64,000 nt of DNA from Nanobdellota archaeon (GCA_013329055.1 DUKY01000007.1:51146-115145), one strand, 5' to 3'; positions 48,864 through 59,033 are shown, numbered from the stretch's first letter. Notes: generated by a model from the sequence alone, not told the origin. Numbers and translations: made by a program.

Positions 48864-50129
48864 TTTTTCGATATACATCTCTTTAATTTTCTTTAAATTT
48901 TTCTTTTTCCAAAATTCAATAAATTGAGGGAGATTCATAGAAATTTTTTCTTTTGAATAAATTTTATCTTCTTTTGTAAAAGTTTTTTTATGTTCCTTTT
49001 TGAATTTTAAAACACTTTCTTTATCTTTAATAAGTGGTCCCTCAAAGATAATTTCATTTCTTTTTTTTGCTACAAAAAAATATCTTGCAGATTGCTTTTT
49101 ATTATAATTAAAACCTTTATTTTTAATCTCAAAAGAATTATTTATTTCTTCACTTAGATGTTTATAAAATTTTAATAATTTGCTTCCTGCAACATCTCCT
49201 GGCTGTTTAGGGGTCATTGATTCCAGCAAAACAAATTCGTCTTTCTTTTTTATTGCATCACTTTTGATTTTTTCAAGATCTGTTTTTTGAACCTCAAAAG
49301 ATTTTATCGAGGGATTTTTCAAAAATCCTGAGCATTCTGTCTGAAATTTATTAAATGTTTCCTGCGATAACGCGGCTAAAGTATTACGCTGTTTATATGT
49401 GGGGTCAACTAAAATAATTGGGGAATTTAATTTAGAACTATTTATATCCATTAAAACAACAGATTTATTTTTATAATATTTTTCAATGTCAATAACTAAT
49501 TTATCTTTTTTTACTTTTGTCATTGCTTTTAAGAAATTTATAAAACCTTTATAATAATAGACTAATAATTCTAAAGAATATCCGGAAAAACCTCCGATAT
49601 AAGATTCTGCTCCATAGCAATGATTGGCATGACAAAATGCTTTTGCAATTTTTATGTCATTTAAAATTTCCTGAGATTTAATGTTTTTATTAATATATTT
49701 AACATGCGAGTAAGATAAATCAGTTATGTTTTCTGCCTGTTCCGGGCTATTTATTTTTTTTACAGGAATTAATTCAATATATAATTCAGAATTGATAATC
49801 ACCCGATAATAATCCCTTGATCCATGAACTTTTAAAAGATTTTTAAAACCTTTCAAAGCTTTAGCAGTTAATCCCGAAAGGTCTTTGTCGTCGTATTTTT
49901 TATCAAAACGGACAAATACATCCACATCATAAGAATCTTTTTTTATTACAGTTTTTTTTGCAAAACTTCCGCCAATAAATACTTCAGCTTTAATTTTTAA
50001 TTTTTTTAGATTTTGATTAAATTTTTTTAAAAAATCTTTCAAGGATGTATCAATAAGTTTCAAATCTTCTTTTGAAGGTTCAACCTGAATCAAAACCTGA
50101 TTTAAAATTTGATTAATTTTTTTTGTCAT
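48849..50129 (-). CDS. cca: Archaeal class I CCA-adding tRNA nucleotidyltransferase
   Basis: FIGGSFAKKTVIKKDSYDVDVFV nucleotidyltransferase motif and archaeal CCA architecture. Confidence 0.8.
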   Translation of the reverse strand: MTKKINQILNQVLIQVEPSKEDLKLIDTSLKDFLKKFNQNLKKLKIKAEVFIGGSFAKKTVIKKDSYDVDVFVRFDKKYDDKDLSGLTAKALKGFKNLLKVHGSRDYYRVIINSELYIELIPVKKINSPEQAENITDLSYSHVKYINKNIKSQEILNDIKIAKAFCHANHCYGAESYIGGFSGYSLELLVYYYKGFINFLKAMTKVKKDKLVIDIEKYYKNKSVVLMDINSSKLNSPIILVDPTYKQRNTLAALSQETFNKFQTECSGFLKNPSIKSFEVQKTDLEKIKSDAIKKKDEFVLLESMTPKQPGDVAGSKLLKFYKHLSEEINNSFEIKNKGFNYNKKQSARYFFVAKKRNEIIFEGPLIKDKESVLKFKKEHKKTFTKEDKIYSKEKISMNLPQFIEFWKKKNLKKIKEMYIEKLEIV

Positions 50130-50167
50130 ATTAATTTCAAGAAAAAAATGGTTTTTATAATTTTACT

Positions 50168-50554
50168 TTATTTTTGATTTTTCATATTTTGCCTTAGTGT
50201 TGTTGCTAAGTCAATTAAATATTTTCCTTCTTCAAATTTATATATTAATGGACGATCTTTATTAAATAAATTTACAACATCAATTTCAAATTTACCTGAA
50301 CCAATAGCTCTTATGGATTCAATATCTAAAATTACCGGCATGCTTTCATCAGTTATTCCTGCAATATCACGAATATCTCTTTCAACAATTTTTCTTTCAT
50401 CTTCAGGTATTTCTATTGGATTATTCCTTATTTTCTCTAATTGCTCTTCTTTTATATAAAAAAAGAATTTACTTTTGCAATTCCCGCACCCTTCCAGTAA
50501 TTCTTTGCTTCCAACAGGAATAAACCTAGAACACTTTGTACACTGGTGTGGCAT
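50168..50554 (-). CDS. Zn-ribbon protein (DUF2072-like), part of the archaeal GTPase module
   Basis: CTKC…CGNC motif. Confidence 0.55.
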   Translation of the reverse strand: MPHQCTKCSRFIPVGSKELLEGCGNCKSKFFFYIKEEQLEKIRNNPIEIPEDERKIVERDIRDIAGITDESMPVILDIESIRAIGSGKFEIDVVNLFNKDRPLIYKFEEGKYLIDLATTLRQNMKNQK

Positions 50555-50574
50555 GATTATCTAAAGCTTAAGGA

Positions 50575-50928
50575 CTATTTAATATTTTCTAATGTCGTCT
50601 TTAATTTACCATCTAACCAAAATCTGGCTGTTGCATGATTCTCTTTTTTTAATAATTCATAATATTCGTGATTAATAAAAAAACTAATATTATCTGCTTT
50701 GGCAATATAAGCATCCTGAGGGGACAAAATTACATTAACTTCTTCTCTTTGAGAATAATCAATTTTTAAGGAAAATGGAATTTGTACTTCGGGTGTAGGA
50801 CCATCATTATTCGAAAAAATTTCTGTATATTTAAGCATTCCAAATAAACTTTGCGATTCTAATTGACTTAATTCTTCCATAGATTGTAATTTTACAAATA
50901 TTTCTGTTCCCCTTGAAATTGCCTTCAT
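50575..50928 (-). CDS. Small protein, possibly roadblock/LC7-like, in the GTPase module
   Basis: Size and position only. Confidence 0.35.
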   Translation of the reverse strand: MKAISRGTEIFVKLQSMEELSQLESQSLFGMLKYTEIFSNNDGPTPEVQIPFSLKIDYSQREEVNVILSPQDAYIAKADNISFFINHEYYELLKKENHATARFWLDGKLKTTLENIK

Positions 50929-50976
50929 AAAAAAATAGATTATTATCGATTATAAATATTTTTATTAGATCAAAGA

Positions 50977-51393
50977 TTATTTATTTAATAATAATTCAAT
51001 CTTCTTAGGATTCTTTTTTATTTCTTTAACAATTGTTGCAGGACCAATGATTGTTATTGCACCAAGGTCTCCGCCACTAATAAGATTCACAACTCCTTTT
51101 TTTAAAGTTCCAAAAAAACTTAAATCATCTTCAGAAATTACTGCTAATTCAATACCTGTAAAACCTTTAACATGATCAACCATTGCCATTGTATCCCAGA
51201 TTAATCTTGTTTCTTCTTCGTTTCTTAATCGACCTTGCAATATTAGGATATTATTTCCCAAAACAATCTTTAAAATCTTTTGAATTCTTTCGTTGCCATC
51301 TAAAGATTTCATTTCCGAATAGGGTAAGAACTGAATAGAAAAGCCTTTAATCTTTCCAAGATTTTTTTTCATTCCATCATTTTTTTGAGTCAT
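50977..51393 (-). CDS. DUF2073-like conserved archaeal protein
   Basis: Conserved position between the small GTPase and Zn-ribbon genes. Confidence 0.45.
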   Translation of the reverse strand: MTQKNDGMKKNLGKIKGFSIQFLPYSEMKSLDGNERIQKILKIVLGNNILILQGRLRNEEETRLIWDTMAMVDHVKGFTGIELAVISEDDLSFFGTLKKGVVNLISGGDLGAITIIGPATIVKEIKKNPKKIELLLNK

Positions 51394-51432
51394 TTTAATA
51401 TATATATCGAAGAATATACTTTTTAATTATTA

Positions 51433-52074
51433 CTAAAGATCTTTTGTTAATTTAAATATTGATTCGTAAAATTCTTCTAAATTTTTTCCGTATTTTGCAC
51501 TTATTCCCACAACATCATAATCAGGAAATGCTGATTCAATTTGCTTGATATTCGCTTTTTTCATATCAATTTTATTTGCAACAATTAAAACAGGTATTTT
51601 TCTTGCAACTAAATTGCCGATAATTGTGATATTTACCTGATTATACGGATTTTCTGTTGCATCTAAAACAATAACCACCATATCCATATCATCAAGCCAT
51701 TTTATACTTTCGATAATTCCCTGAGTTGCTTCTTTTGACCGTTGTTTTGCATCTTTTTTATTTACATTATATTTTAAAAATTCTTCATAATCAATCTTTG
51801 TTGCAATTCCAGGCGTGTCAATCATTTTGAAGGTCATGGTTTTTCCTTTATGACTTATTTCAACTTTTTCCTTAAATTGAACTTTTCTTGTTTCATGCGG
51901 GACTTTACTTACACTTCCAATTTCTTCACCGGTAAAATCTTTACAAATTCGGTTTGCAAGACTAGTTTTTCCGGCATTTGGAGGACCATAAAACCCTAAA
52001 CTAATATCTCTTTTATCTTTGTAAAGACCAGAAAACATCCTTCTTACAAAATTTTTTAAGACTTTTATTACCAT
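51433..52074 (-). CDS. Small Ras/Arf-like GTPase
   Basis: GPPNAGKTSL (G1), DTPG (G3), ANKID (G4). Confidence 0.75.
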   Translation of the reverse strand: MVIKVLKNFVRRMFSGLYKDKRDISLGFYGPPNAGKTSLANRICKDFTGEEIGSVSKVPHETRKVQFKEKVEISHKGKTMTFKMIDTPGIATKIDYEEFLKYNVNKKDAKQRSKEATQGIIESIKWLDDMDMVVIVLDATENPYNQVNITIIGNLVARKIPVLIVANKIDMKKANIKQIESAFPDYDVVGISAKYGKNLEEFYESIFKLTKDL

Positions 52075-52090
52075 ATTATTACCAAATCCC

Positions 52091-54802
52091 TTATAGTTTA
52101 TTAAACTTTTGTGTATTTGAAGAAAATTTGCCTCTTGGGGCTACTTGAGAACCAAAAGGGGTTTTTTCTTGAATAGGTTTTTTTTGAATACTTACTTTTG
52201 AGGGCAGATTTTTTAATTTTTCAAATAATTCTTTATGAGGAATTTCAACCATTCCTGTTCTTTTACCTGCATATTTTCTTAAAACATAAGTAATTTGCTC
52301 CATAGTCCAACCTTCTTTTTTTAAATTCAAAGTTATATCCTGATCAGACATTCCAGATTGTTTTGCATTTTGGATGTAATTTATTAAATTAAATAAATGA
52401 TTTTTATTTTTAAATAAGTAATCTTCATATTTCTTTTTGTACCATTCTTGTAAAATAATATATGCTACTATTCCCAATATAATTAATAAAAATAATATAA
52501 ACATAAAAAGAAATAATTTAAACTTTTTTTCTTCAGCAAGTTTAACTTCTTCTTCAAGATTTAATCTTTCAAGAGCAGGAGAAATAAACAACGGCAAATT
52601 GGTAAAGTCTACATTTTCAGTTGTGGAAAAAACAATCTCATAAGAAGGATCAATTAATTCTATTACTATATAACCTGATTCTTCTTTATCTAAATAATTT
52701 TCTTTTAATTTTAAATTTTCAAGTTTTTTTAGTATTAAATAAGGGGTATGCACGATTTCACCTTTTTCAGTAATTTCAATAGTAAATACTTTTAGAACAC
52801 TATCAATAGAAGATTCATAACCTACATCGTATCCTTCAAAAATAATTTTTACGTCTAAATTTGCCTGACCCCATCTTTGAATAGCTTTAATATATGCTTC
52901 TTCACCTTGTATAGAATAATCGCCTCCGCCAATTAATTGAAGGATATCAAGGTTTATATTTTGAGGGGTTGGATAAAAAGAGATTTTATCTGTTTTCATA
53001 CTTTGAACTAAATATTTTGGAATATCCATAGCTAATAATTTTACAAGAATAACATTATACTCTTCCACAGAACTTGCTCCGTAAAATTCTGTTTGAATTC
53101 CTTTTAGTTCTCCCTCAATATTATAAGTATCCAGTGATTCTTCCAAGCCTTTTTTTACAAAAGGGGTGAATGTATTTATTTGGGTTAAAACATTAGATAA
53201 ATCAGCTTGTTTTCCAGCTAAAATCTCCTCTATAATTTCTTTTGGAGAACCGACAGTTACACTAAAAGTTTTAGATACAACTCGCTGTTTTGAATCTGTA
53301 ATTGTGACGGTAATGTCATATTGACCTAAATTTTCAAATGTATGGGTGATTGTGTTTACAGAAGTTATATTTGTGCTATTTCCTCCAAAATTCCATTCAT
53401 ATTTGACAATTGTGCTATTTTCAAATGTTTCAGCATTGATTTTAAAATCAGTAGGATATCCTGTTACAGTTTTTGTTGGTTTAATGCTTTGCAAGATTGG
53501 AATTCTTTCAACAAAAATTTTTTGAGTGAAAATGCTTTTGTTATTTAAAGTTAATGTAAAATTCTTTTCTCCATAATTATTTGGAGTTAAAAATTTGGCA
53601 GGATTTAATTGAAGCTGTTGAAAATCTGCAGTGATATTTGATGAAACTCTGTCTAAGTCGTAAAATTTATTACTTATTGTTGGACCTAAAGTTGTGTCAT
53701 AATTAATTTTTAAATTTGAAAGATTAATATTTTGATTTGCCCCTGAGTAAAAAACGATTGGGATAATGCAATTATTTGAACAGTCTAAAGAACCATATCT
53801 TTGAATTATATAATCGCTCATCAGGCTATTTAATGATATTTGACCTTCTAAATAACTTGTAATGTTAATTTTTCCTATGCTATCGAAACTTTTACCTTGT
53901 GCAAAGATCTCAAAAGAAGCTATTTCAAGACCGATGTCTGAACCATAAAAACCACATCCATTTTCTGCATCCTGATAACCTCTTATTTTTGAAGTTCCCT
54001 GATCTTTTTCTGAATAAATACAAACAAAATATTCTTGTGATTCTGTAACTAAGTATTCTACATCACAAGAATATTCTCCTATTTGATTTACTAAAGGCAA
54101 TTTGCAATCTTTTAATTTTTCTCCGTATAAATTATAAAGTCCCATTGATAAATTTCTTGTATCCCCCGAAGGATTAATCCATGCACCTAATTTAAAACCA
54201 GGAGATTCAGTAAGTTTTATTCTTTGGCAATGCTTATTTGGATAAGTTCCAATAGTAAATTCGCTTAATGTCTTATTTCCAGAAAAACATCCTCTTGTTT
54301 TTAAATAATTACAGGCTTGTGCATCTGAAACTCTTGAATTTCCAGATTCAATTAATCCATCTTTGGTAAAGTCTATTTTAAGTTGATTTGTGCAAGACGG
54401 ACCTGCATCGCTATCAATAGTAAAATTAATAGAATTAATATTCAAGATATTACCTTGAAGATTTAATCCGATCATTTGATTACTTCCACTACTTAAATAA
54501 AAACTTTTTACTTCCTGACCATTTTTTGGGAGATATTCGACTTCACAAGCTAAATTTGTACATTTATAATCAGCCTCTTCATTAATCTTTAATAAATTAA
54601 TTAAACTAATTATTTTTCCGCTTGAATCACGAAATAGAGAATCAGAAGGTTCATTATTTAAACTAATATTTATCCAGCCATTAATTATTTTTTGAGGACC
54701 ATAATAAGTGTCGATACTATGAGAAAGGTTACCTACTTGGAAACTTGCACTTACAAAACTAATTAAAAACATGCAAATTATAAAAAATTTTATCATCCTC
54801 AT
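52091..54802 (-). CDS. Large secreted/membrane-anchored surface protein with PKD-like domain and C-terminal TM plus cytoplasmic tail
   Basis: Signal peptide, PKD-like YEWNFGG…TVTITD, and a TM helix near residue 760. Confidence 0.65.
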   Translation of the reverse strand: MRMIKFFIICMFLISFVSASFQVGNLSHSIDTYYGPQKIINGWINISLNNEPSDSLFRDSSGKIISLINLLKINEEADYKCTNLACEVEYLPKNGQEVKSFYLSSGSNQMIGLNLQGNILNINSINFTIDSDAGPSCTNQLKIDFTKDGLIESGNSRVSDAQACNYLKTRGCFSGNKTLSEFTIGTYPNKHCQRIKLTESPGFKLGAWINPSGDTRNLSMGLYNLYGEKLKDCKLPLVNQIGEYSCDVEYLVTESQEYFVCIYSEKDQGTSKIRGYQDAENGCGFYGSDIGLEIASFEIFAQGKSFDSIGKINITSYLEGQISLNSLMSDYIIQRYGSLDCSNNCIIPIVFYSGANQNINLSNLKINYDTTLGPTISNKFYDLDRVSSNITADFQQLQLNPAKFLTPNNYGEKNFTLTLNNKSIFTQKIFVERIPILQSIKPTKTVTGYPTDFKINAETFENSTIVKYEWNFGGNSTNITSVNTITHTFENLGQYDITVTITDSKQRVVSKTFSVTVGSPKEIIEEILAGKQADLSNVLTQINTFTPFVKKGLEESLDTYNIEGELKGIQTEFYGASSVEEYNVILVKLLAMDIPKYLVQSMKTDKISFYPTPQNINLDILQLIGGGDYSIQGEEAYIKAIQRWGQANLDVKIIFEGYDVGYESSIDSVLKVFTIEITEKGEIVHTPYLILKKLENLKLKENYLDKEESGYIVIELIDPSYEIVFSTTENVDFTNLPLFISPALERLNLEEEVKLAEEKKFKLFLFMFILFLLIILGIVAYIILQEWYKKKYEDYLFKNKNHLFNLINYIQNAKQSGMSDQDITLNLKKEGWTMEQITYVLRKYAGKRTGMVEIPHKELFEKLKNLPSKVSIQKKPIQEKTPFGSQVAPRGKFSSNTQKFNKL

Positions 54803-54844
54803 TTTTAAAAAGGAACCAATACAGATTTATAAATATTTGTCCAA

Positions 54845-56563
54845 TTAATTTTTTCTTAAAGATATCATTGAATAAATTCCAACAATTAGGAAAATAGTAA
54901 TGATTAAATTATAAAATCCAAAGAATGGAAGTTGTATCTCAGCAGGACAAGGGATAATATTTGAACCCCCGATACATTTTTGAGATAATTTAAATGGATC
55001 ATAATAATAAAGTCCATTTGCTAAAACATAATCAGCGACTTCATCAGAAGGACCATTACCATATGCTGTGTATCCATTATCAGCTCCCCAAGCCCAAATA
55101 GTTGACCAAGAATATTCTAAAAATCCATCATCACATGTATCTACTGTGCTTTCACTATATTTACAATTACCAATTGCGGGGATACTACTATCAGGATCAC
55201 AATCTAGTCCAGGAGAAGAACCCCATGTATAATCACATTTATTAGTTGAAGAATTCCATATACATTTACATAACATTAAATATGTGCATGAGGGGTCAGG
55301 ACCTGCTACTTCATCGCCACATTTTGTATCATTCCAAATATCGGGAAATGCTTCAAAGACTTTTTCATTTACACTATTTTCTGCTGCATCACAACCAATA
55401 TAATTACAATCTTTACAAGATGATTCATCTTCATAATTTGAGCACCAGGGTGTAACATCTGAAGGTAAAATTCTTAATTTAGGACTTTCATATCCTTCAA
55501 CTTTAAAATAAAAACCATCATAATCACCTATTTCAGTGATTGAATAATCTTCTTCAGTTATTGTCCAAACACCAATTACTCTTCCCCAACCTGCCCTACT
55601 AAATGTTCCGGGAATAGCATTTATACCTGTTCTAATTTCATCATCAAAAGCAGGGTCATCTTCAAAGATTTCAAAAGAGTATGAACCAGTTAAATCACGA
55701 CCAGTGTTATTAAATATCAATTGAACAGTTTCACCAATATGAGCAGGGATATCTGTTGAATTAAAAGTACCAATTCTTTGTCCTTCAGAATTTACCCAAA
55801 ATGCTGCTGTTTCTAATTTACAAATATTTGAACATCCATCTTCACTTAATTTACCACCATCATCACATGTTTCAAAAGAAATATCTATAACATCATCTCC
55901 ACAATGAGGTCCAGTACCATTGCAATATTTGTTACAATTATAAGGGGCAATATCACTATATACTCCATTTAATGCACCATCATCACAAATTTCATTAATT
56001 AAATAACTATTTGGTTTTTGAAGAATACCATCCCCACAAGGTCTTGCCTGTTTGCAACATACTTTTAAGTTATATTCATTAAAAGTTCCAACATGTGCAT
56101 TTGTTGCACCAGATAATGAAAACATTTGAATAGGATAAGTTGAACTGCAAGAGCCACTGCTACTTACACAATTCAAATCGCCAAAATAAACATTATTTGT
56201 GTAACTTGTTTGTTCTGGTGCTTGAACATGAGCGTTAGTTATGCTTGAAAGACTTGCAACTTTATTTTGCCTGCTATCACTGTTTGTATGTGGATTGGGA
56301 TAAGAAAAATCACAACATAAATAATAATTAAAATTTGTTTGATCATATCTTTCAGCATGAGAATTTGATTGAGAAAACATTTTGAATACAGTATTATTAG
56401 GATTACAAGATGATTGCACACTACAAAGATCAGAGCTTACCAATCCAAATGAAAATATTAGATAAATTAAACTTACGTTAAAAATCACCAATTTTTTTGC
56501 TTCCATTAAGACTTTATTGTAAAAGATATTTTTAAATGTTTTTAATAAAGAAATTATAAACAA
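54845..56563 (-). CDS. Cys-rich surface protein with CGDG…E.CDDG repeats and a C-terminal TM anchor
   Basis: Signal peptide. CGDGILQKPNSYLINEICDDGALNG and CGDDVIDISFETCDDGG resemble the Myxococcus-type cysteine-rich repeat. Confidence 0.6.
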   Translation of the reverse strand: MFIISLLKTFKNIFYNKVLMEAKKLVIFNVSLIYLIFSFGLVSSDLCSVQSSCNPNNTVFKMFSQSNSHAERYDQTNFNYYLCCDFSYPNPHTNSDSRQNKVASLSSITNAHVQAPEQTSYTNNVYFGDLNCVSSSGSCSSTYPIQMFSLSGATNAHVGTFNEYNLKVCCKQARPCGDGILQKPNSYLINEICDDGALNGVYSDIAPYNCNKYCNGTGPHCGDDVIDISFETCDDGGKLSEDGCSNICKLETAAFWVNSEGQRIGTFNSTDIPAHIGETVQLIFNNTGRDLTGSYSFEIFEDDPAFDDEIRTGINAIPGTFSRAGWGRVIGVWTITEEDYSITEIGDYDGFYFKVEGYESPKLRILPSDVTPWCSNYEDESSCKDCNYIGCDAAENSVNEKVFEAFPDIWNDTKCGDEVAGPDPSCTYLMLCKCIWNSSTNKCDYTWGSSPGLDCDPDSSIPAIGNCKYSESTVDTCDDGFLEYSWSTIWAWGADNGYTAYGNGPSDEVADYVLANGLYYYDPFKLSQKCIGGSNIIPCPAEIQLPFFGFYNLIITIFLIVGIYSMISLRKN

Positions 56564-57075
56564 GATTTGTATTTTAATAGAGATCTATATTTCCAAAGAG
56601 CTTTTGTTGCAGGCAAGTTCATTTCAACACCTAAGTCTCCGTTTTTATTTGCTGACTTAATAATTGAGCAAACACTATAAGAGTTTAATGCGGCAAGATA
56701 ACTTGAATGCATATATAATAAAAGGTCATAGTCTTCTGTAGATCCTTCAACAAAAGTTCCTAAATTAAATACATATGATTTTTCCCATTGCCTAAATCCG
56801 CTATTAAAATTGTAAAATCTTAACAATATTTTTGTGTCTTTTGGCAAATCTTTCATCATTTCATTATTTGTAAATTCCTGATTTAAATTTTGGTAATCCA
56901 TTTCAGATGCTTTTAGAGGAAGATTCATTACTACTTTTCCTGTTGAAGGACCAAAAAGAGATTTATCTTCAGAATTAATAGATAAAATTAATCCAAAGAT
57001 TATAAGAGCTAATAATAATAAATAAAATCTAAAATTTATATTTTTTAATAATTCATTAAAATTTATTTTCTTCAT
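56554..57075 (-). CDS. Small secreted protein, first gene after the tRNA-Trp repeat array
   Basis: N-terminal TM/signal. Stop overlaps the next gene's start. Confidence 0.45.
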   Translation of the reverse strand: MKKINFNELLKNINFRFYLLLLALIIFGLILSINSEDKSLFGPSTGKVVMNLPLKASEMDYQNLNQEFTNNEMMKDLPKDTKILLRFYNFNSGFRQWEKSYVFNLGTFVEGSTEDYDLLLYMHSSYLAALNSYSVCSIIKSANKNGDLGVEMNLPATKALWKYRSLLKYKSCL

Positions 57076-57128
57076 TATTAATTTTAAATTTATTTAATTT
57101 AAATATTTATTCCAAAATTCAGGGATGT

Positions 57129-57685
57129 TCACTACTTACAGAGAATCAAAGATTCTCTGAAACACAAAATCTATACTGTGCCTACGCACAGATCAGAAGT
57201 ACAGATTTTGTTGTGTCCTAAAAAATTTCTAAAGAAATTTTTGGGAATTCAGAGATTGAAAATCTCTGGAACTTCAGGGAACCTGAAGTCTTCAAAAGGC
57301 GTTACTTTTGAAGTAATCTAACCCTTGGGTTATATTCACTTCAAAATATACTTGTTTTGAAGTCCCAGAGAATTTGAAAAATTCTCTGAGCCTCCTTAAT
57401 GGGTACGGAGGTACAGAGAATCAAAGATTCTCTGAAACACAAAATCTATACTGTGCCTACGCACAGATCAGAATTACAGATTTTGTTGTGTCCTAAAAAA
57501 TTTCTAAAGAAATTTTTGGGAATTCAGAGATTGAAAATCTCTGGAACTTCAGGGAACCTGAAGTCTTCAAAAGGCGTTACTTTTGAAGTAATCTAACCCT
57601 TGGGTTATATTCACTTCAAAATATACTTGTTTTGAAGTCCCAGAGAATTTGAAAAATTCTCTGAGCCTCCTTAATGGGTACGGAG
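57129..57685. repeat. Two tandem ~285-bp units, each a string of ~9 short hairpins, each ending in a copy of the tRNA-Trp 3' end
   Basis: Unit period 57129 to 57414. Hairpins include cagagaatcaaagattctctg, ctgtgcctacgcacag, cagagattgaaaatctctg, cttcagggaacctgaag. Terminal ccttaatgggtacggag occurs at 57394-57410 and 57669-57685. Confidence 0.85.
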
Positions 57686-57746
57686 GGAATCTAACCCCCG
57701 TCTGCCGGGCTGGAGCCGACCATAATAAACATTATACTACGCACCC
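57675..57746 (-). tRNA. Candidate tRNA-Trp (anticodon CCA) with atypical D- and T-loops
   Basis: Manual fold: acceptor GGGUGCG/CGUACCC, anticodon stem GUCGG/CCGGC with loop CUCCAGC, T arm GGGGG-UUAGAUU-CCCUC. D-loop AAUGUUUA lacks GG and T-loop lacks C56. Confidence 0.5.
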
Positions 57747-57796
57747 GTATAATTTAAGTTAAAGAATTCAATTTTTAAAATGTTCCCTTTTAATTT

Positions 57797-58483
57797 TTAA
57801 CCAATTGCTTTTATTTCCTGGATTTCTTTTTCGCTTATTGCACAACCTTTGAATTTTACAGCCCAAAGCATAGCATCTAAAATCCTTGAATCATTCCATC
57901 TTGAAAGATTCTTTTTATATAATACATAAATTAATTCGGCAGATCTAATTAATTTTAATCCTTCAAAAATAGGATAATTATTTTTATTTGAAGTAATTTT
58001 TGTCTTTAATTTGTCTTCAAATAATTTTCTTAAATTTTCCGGTTTTTCACATAACATTCTTGTTGTTCTTTCATCAATTACAATGACATTCATTATTCCT
58101 TTTTTTTCAAAAATTCTACTTAAGGCTAAGCAAGAAGCTTCACCTAGATGAATTAAATTAATATTTTTTTGCTTTTCGTAAAAAGTCGTATTTGCTAGAT
58201 TCAAAAAATGAGTTGTTCCCCTTGATATTTCATCATCACTTATACCCACTGCAGAGGGCAGTTCAATAATTTTATCATCTAATAATTTTTTTAATTTTAG
58301 GGCTTCTAATTCAAAACGCTTAATTGTTAAAGGCCTATCAATTATTTCTGATTTAACTTCGTTAGTAATAATAAATTTTCCATTAAAAATTTTTCTTAGC
58401 TCGATTAATTCGTGGAGTAATCCGTTTATTGCAAAACTAATTAAAGAACTTGCATCAAAAATCATCATTTTCTCTTCGGTCAT
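57797..58483 (-). CDS. PIN-like domain protein (extended)
   Basis: MIFDASSLI start, and later GEASCLAL and NVIVIDERT acidic motifs. Confidence 0.4.
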   Translation of the reverse strand: MTEEKMMIFDASSLISFAINGLLHELIELRKIFNGKFIITNEVKSEIIDRPLTIKRFELEALKLKKLLDDKIIELPSAVGISDDEISRGTTHFLNLANTTFYEKQKNINLIHLGEASCLALSRIFEKKGIMNVIVIDERTTRMLCEKPENLRKLFEDKLKTKITSNKNNYPIFEGLKLIRSAELIYVLYKKNLSRWNDSRILDAMLWAVKFKGCAISEKEIQEIKAIG

Positions 58484-58484
58484 T

Positions 58485-59033
58485 TTAGTTAAACATATCC
58501 ATTGCTAATTTAATTCTATCTTTTGTGTCAAGAGTCTTACCAAGTAAAACATCTGAAATACCTGTTTGTCCTGCATAATCTGCTAATTCATACATTGAGA
58601 TGCCTAATAATTCTGCAGTTTTTTCCATAGAGATACCATGCTCATAAATTCTCGAGGCTTTGTTTATACTTGCTTTTCTAAAAACTTCTTTGATGTAAAC
58701 TTTTAATTTTTTAGAAAATTGATTTATAGAATGCCTAATTTTTTGCAAATCCTTTCTAAAAAGTTTTGTATCATCTTTTTGCAAATCCTGAATTATATTC
58801 TCAACAATTAAAATAATTTCATCACTCCATTTTGAATTTTTATGATAATTTCTTTCAATAATTTTACTTAATGAATAAACAATTATTGCAACAGCAATGC
58901 TATCCGGATCCTGAACTATTGAAGCAGTATGAATTGTTTGATTTCCTAATTCTTTTAATTTAAGAACATCCTCTCTTTTTATTGCCTCTTTTGTTTCCTG
59001 AAAGATTTTTAATAAATTTTCCCTTTCTTCCAT
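58485..59033 (-). CDS. Hypothetical protein with a possible C-terminal HTH, partner of the PIN-like gene
   Basis: EKTAELLGISMYELADYAG segment. 1-nt gap to the next gene. Confidence 0.4.
   Translation of the reverse strand: MEERENLLKIFQETKEAIKREDVLKLKELGNQTIHTASIVQDPDSIAVAIIVYSLSKIIERNYHKNSKWSDEIILIVENIIQDLQKDDTKLFRKDLQKIRHSINQFSKKLKVYIKEVFRKASINKASRIYEHGISMEKTAELLGISMYELADYAGQTGISDVLLGKTLDTKDRIKLAMDMFN

Noticed and set aside
52437-56421. Short ORFs 52437..52643, 53342..53548, 55246..55455, 56239..56421
   Set aside because: They are antisense or internal to the large surface-protein genes.
57399-57596. 65-aa ORF from the six-frame track
   Set aside because: It lies wholly inside the second hairpin-repeat unit and is a palindromic-repeat artefact.
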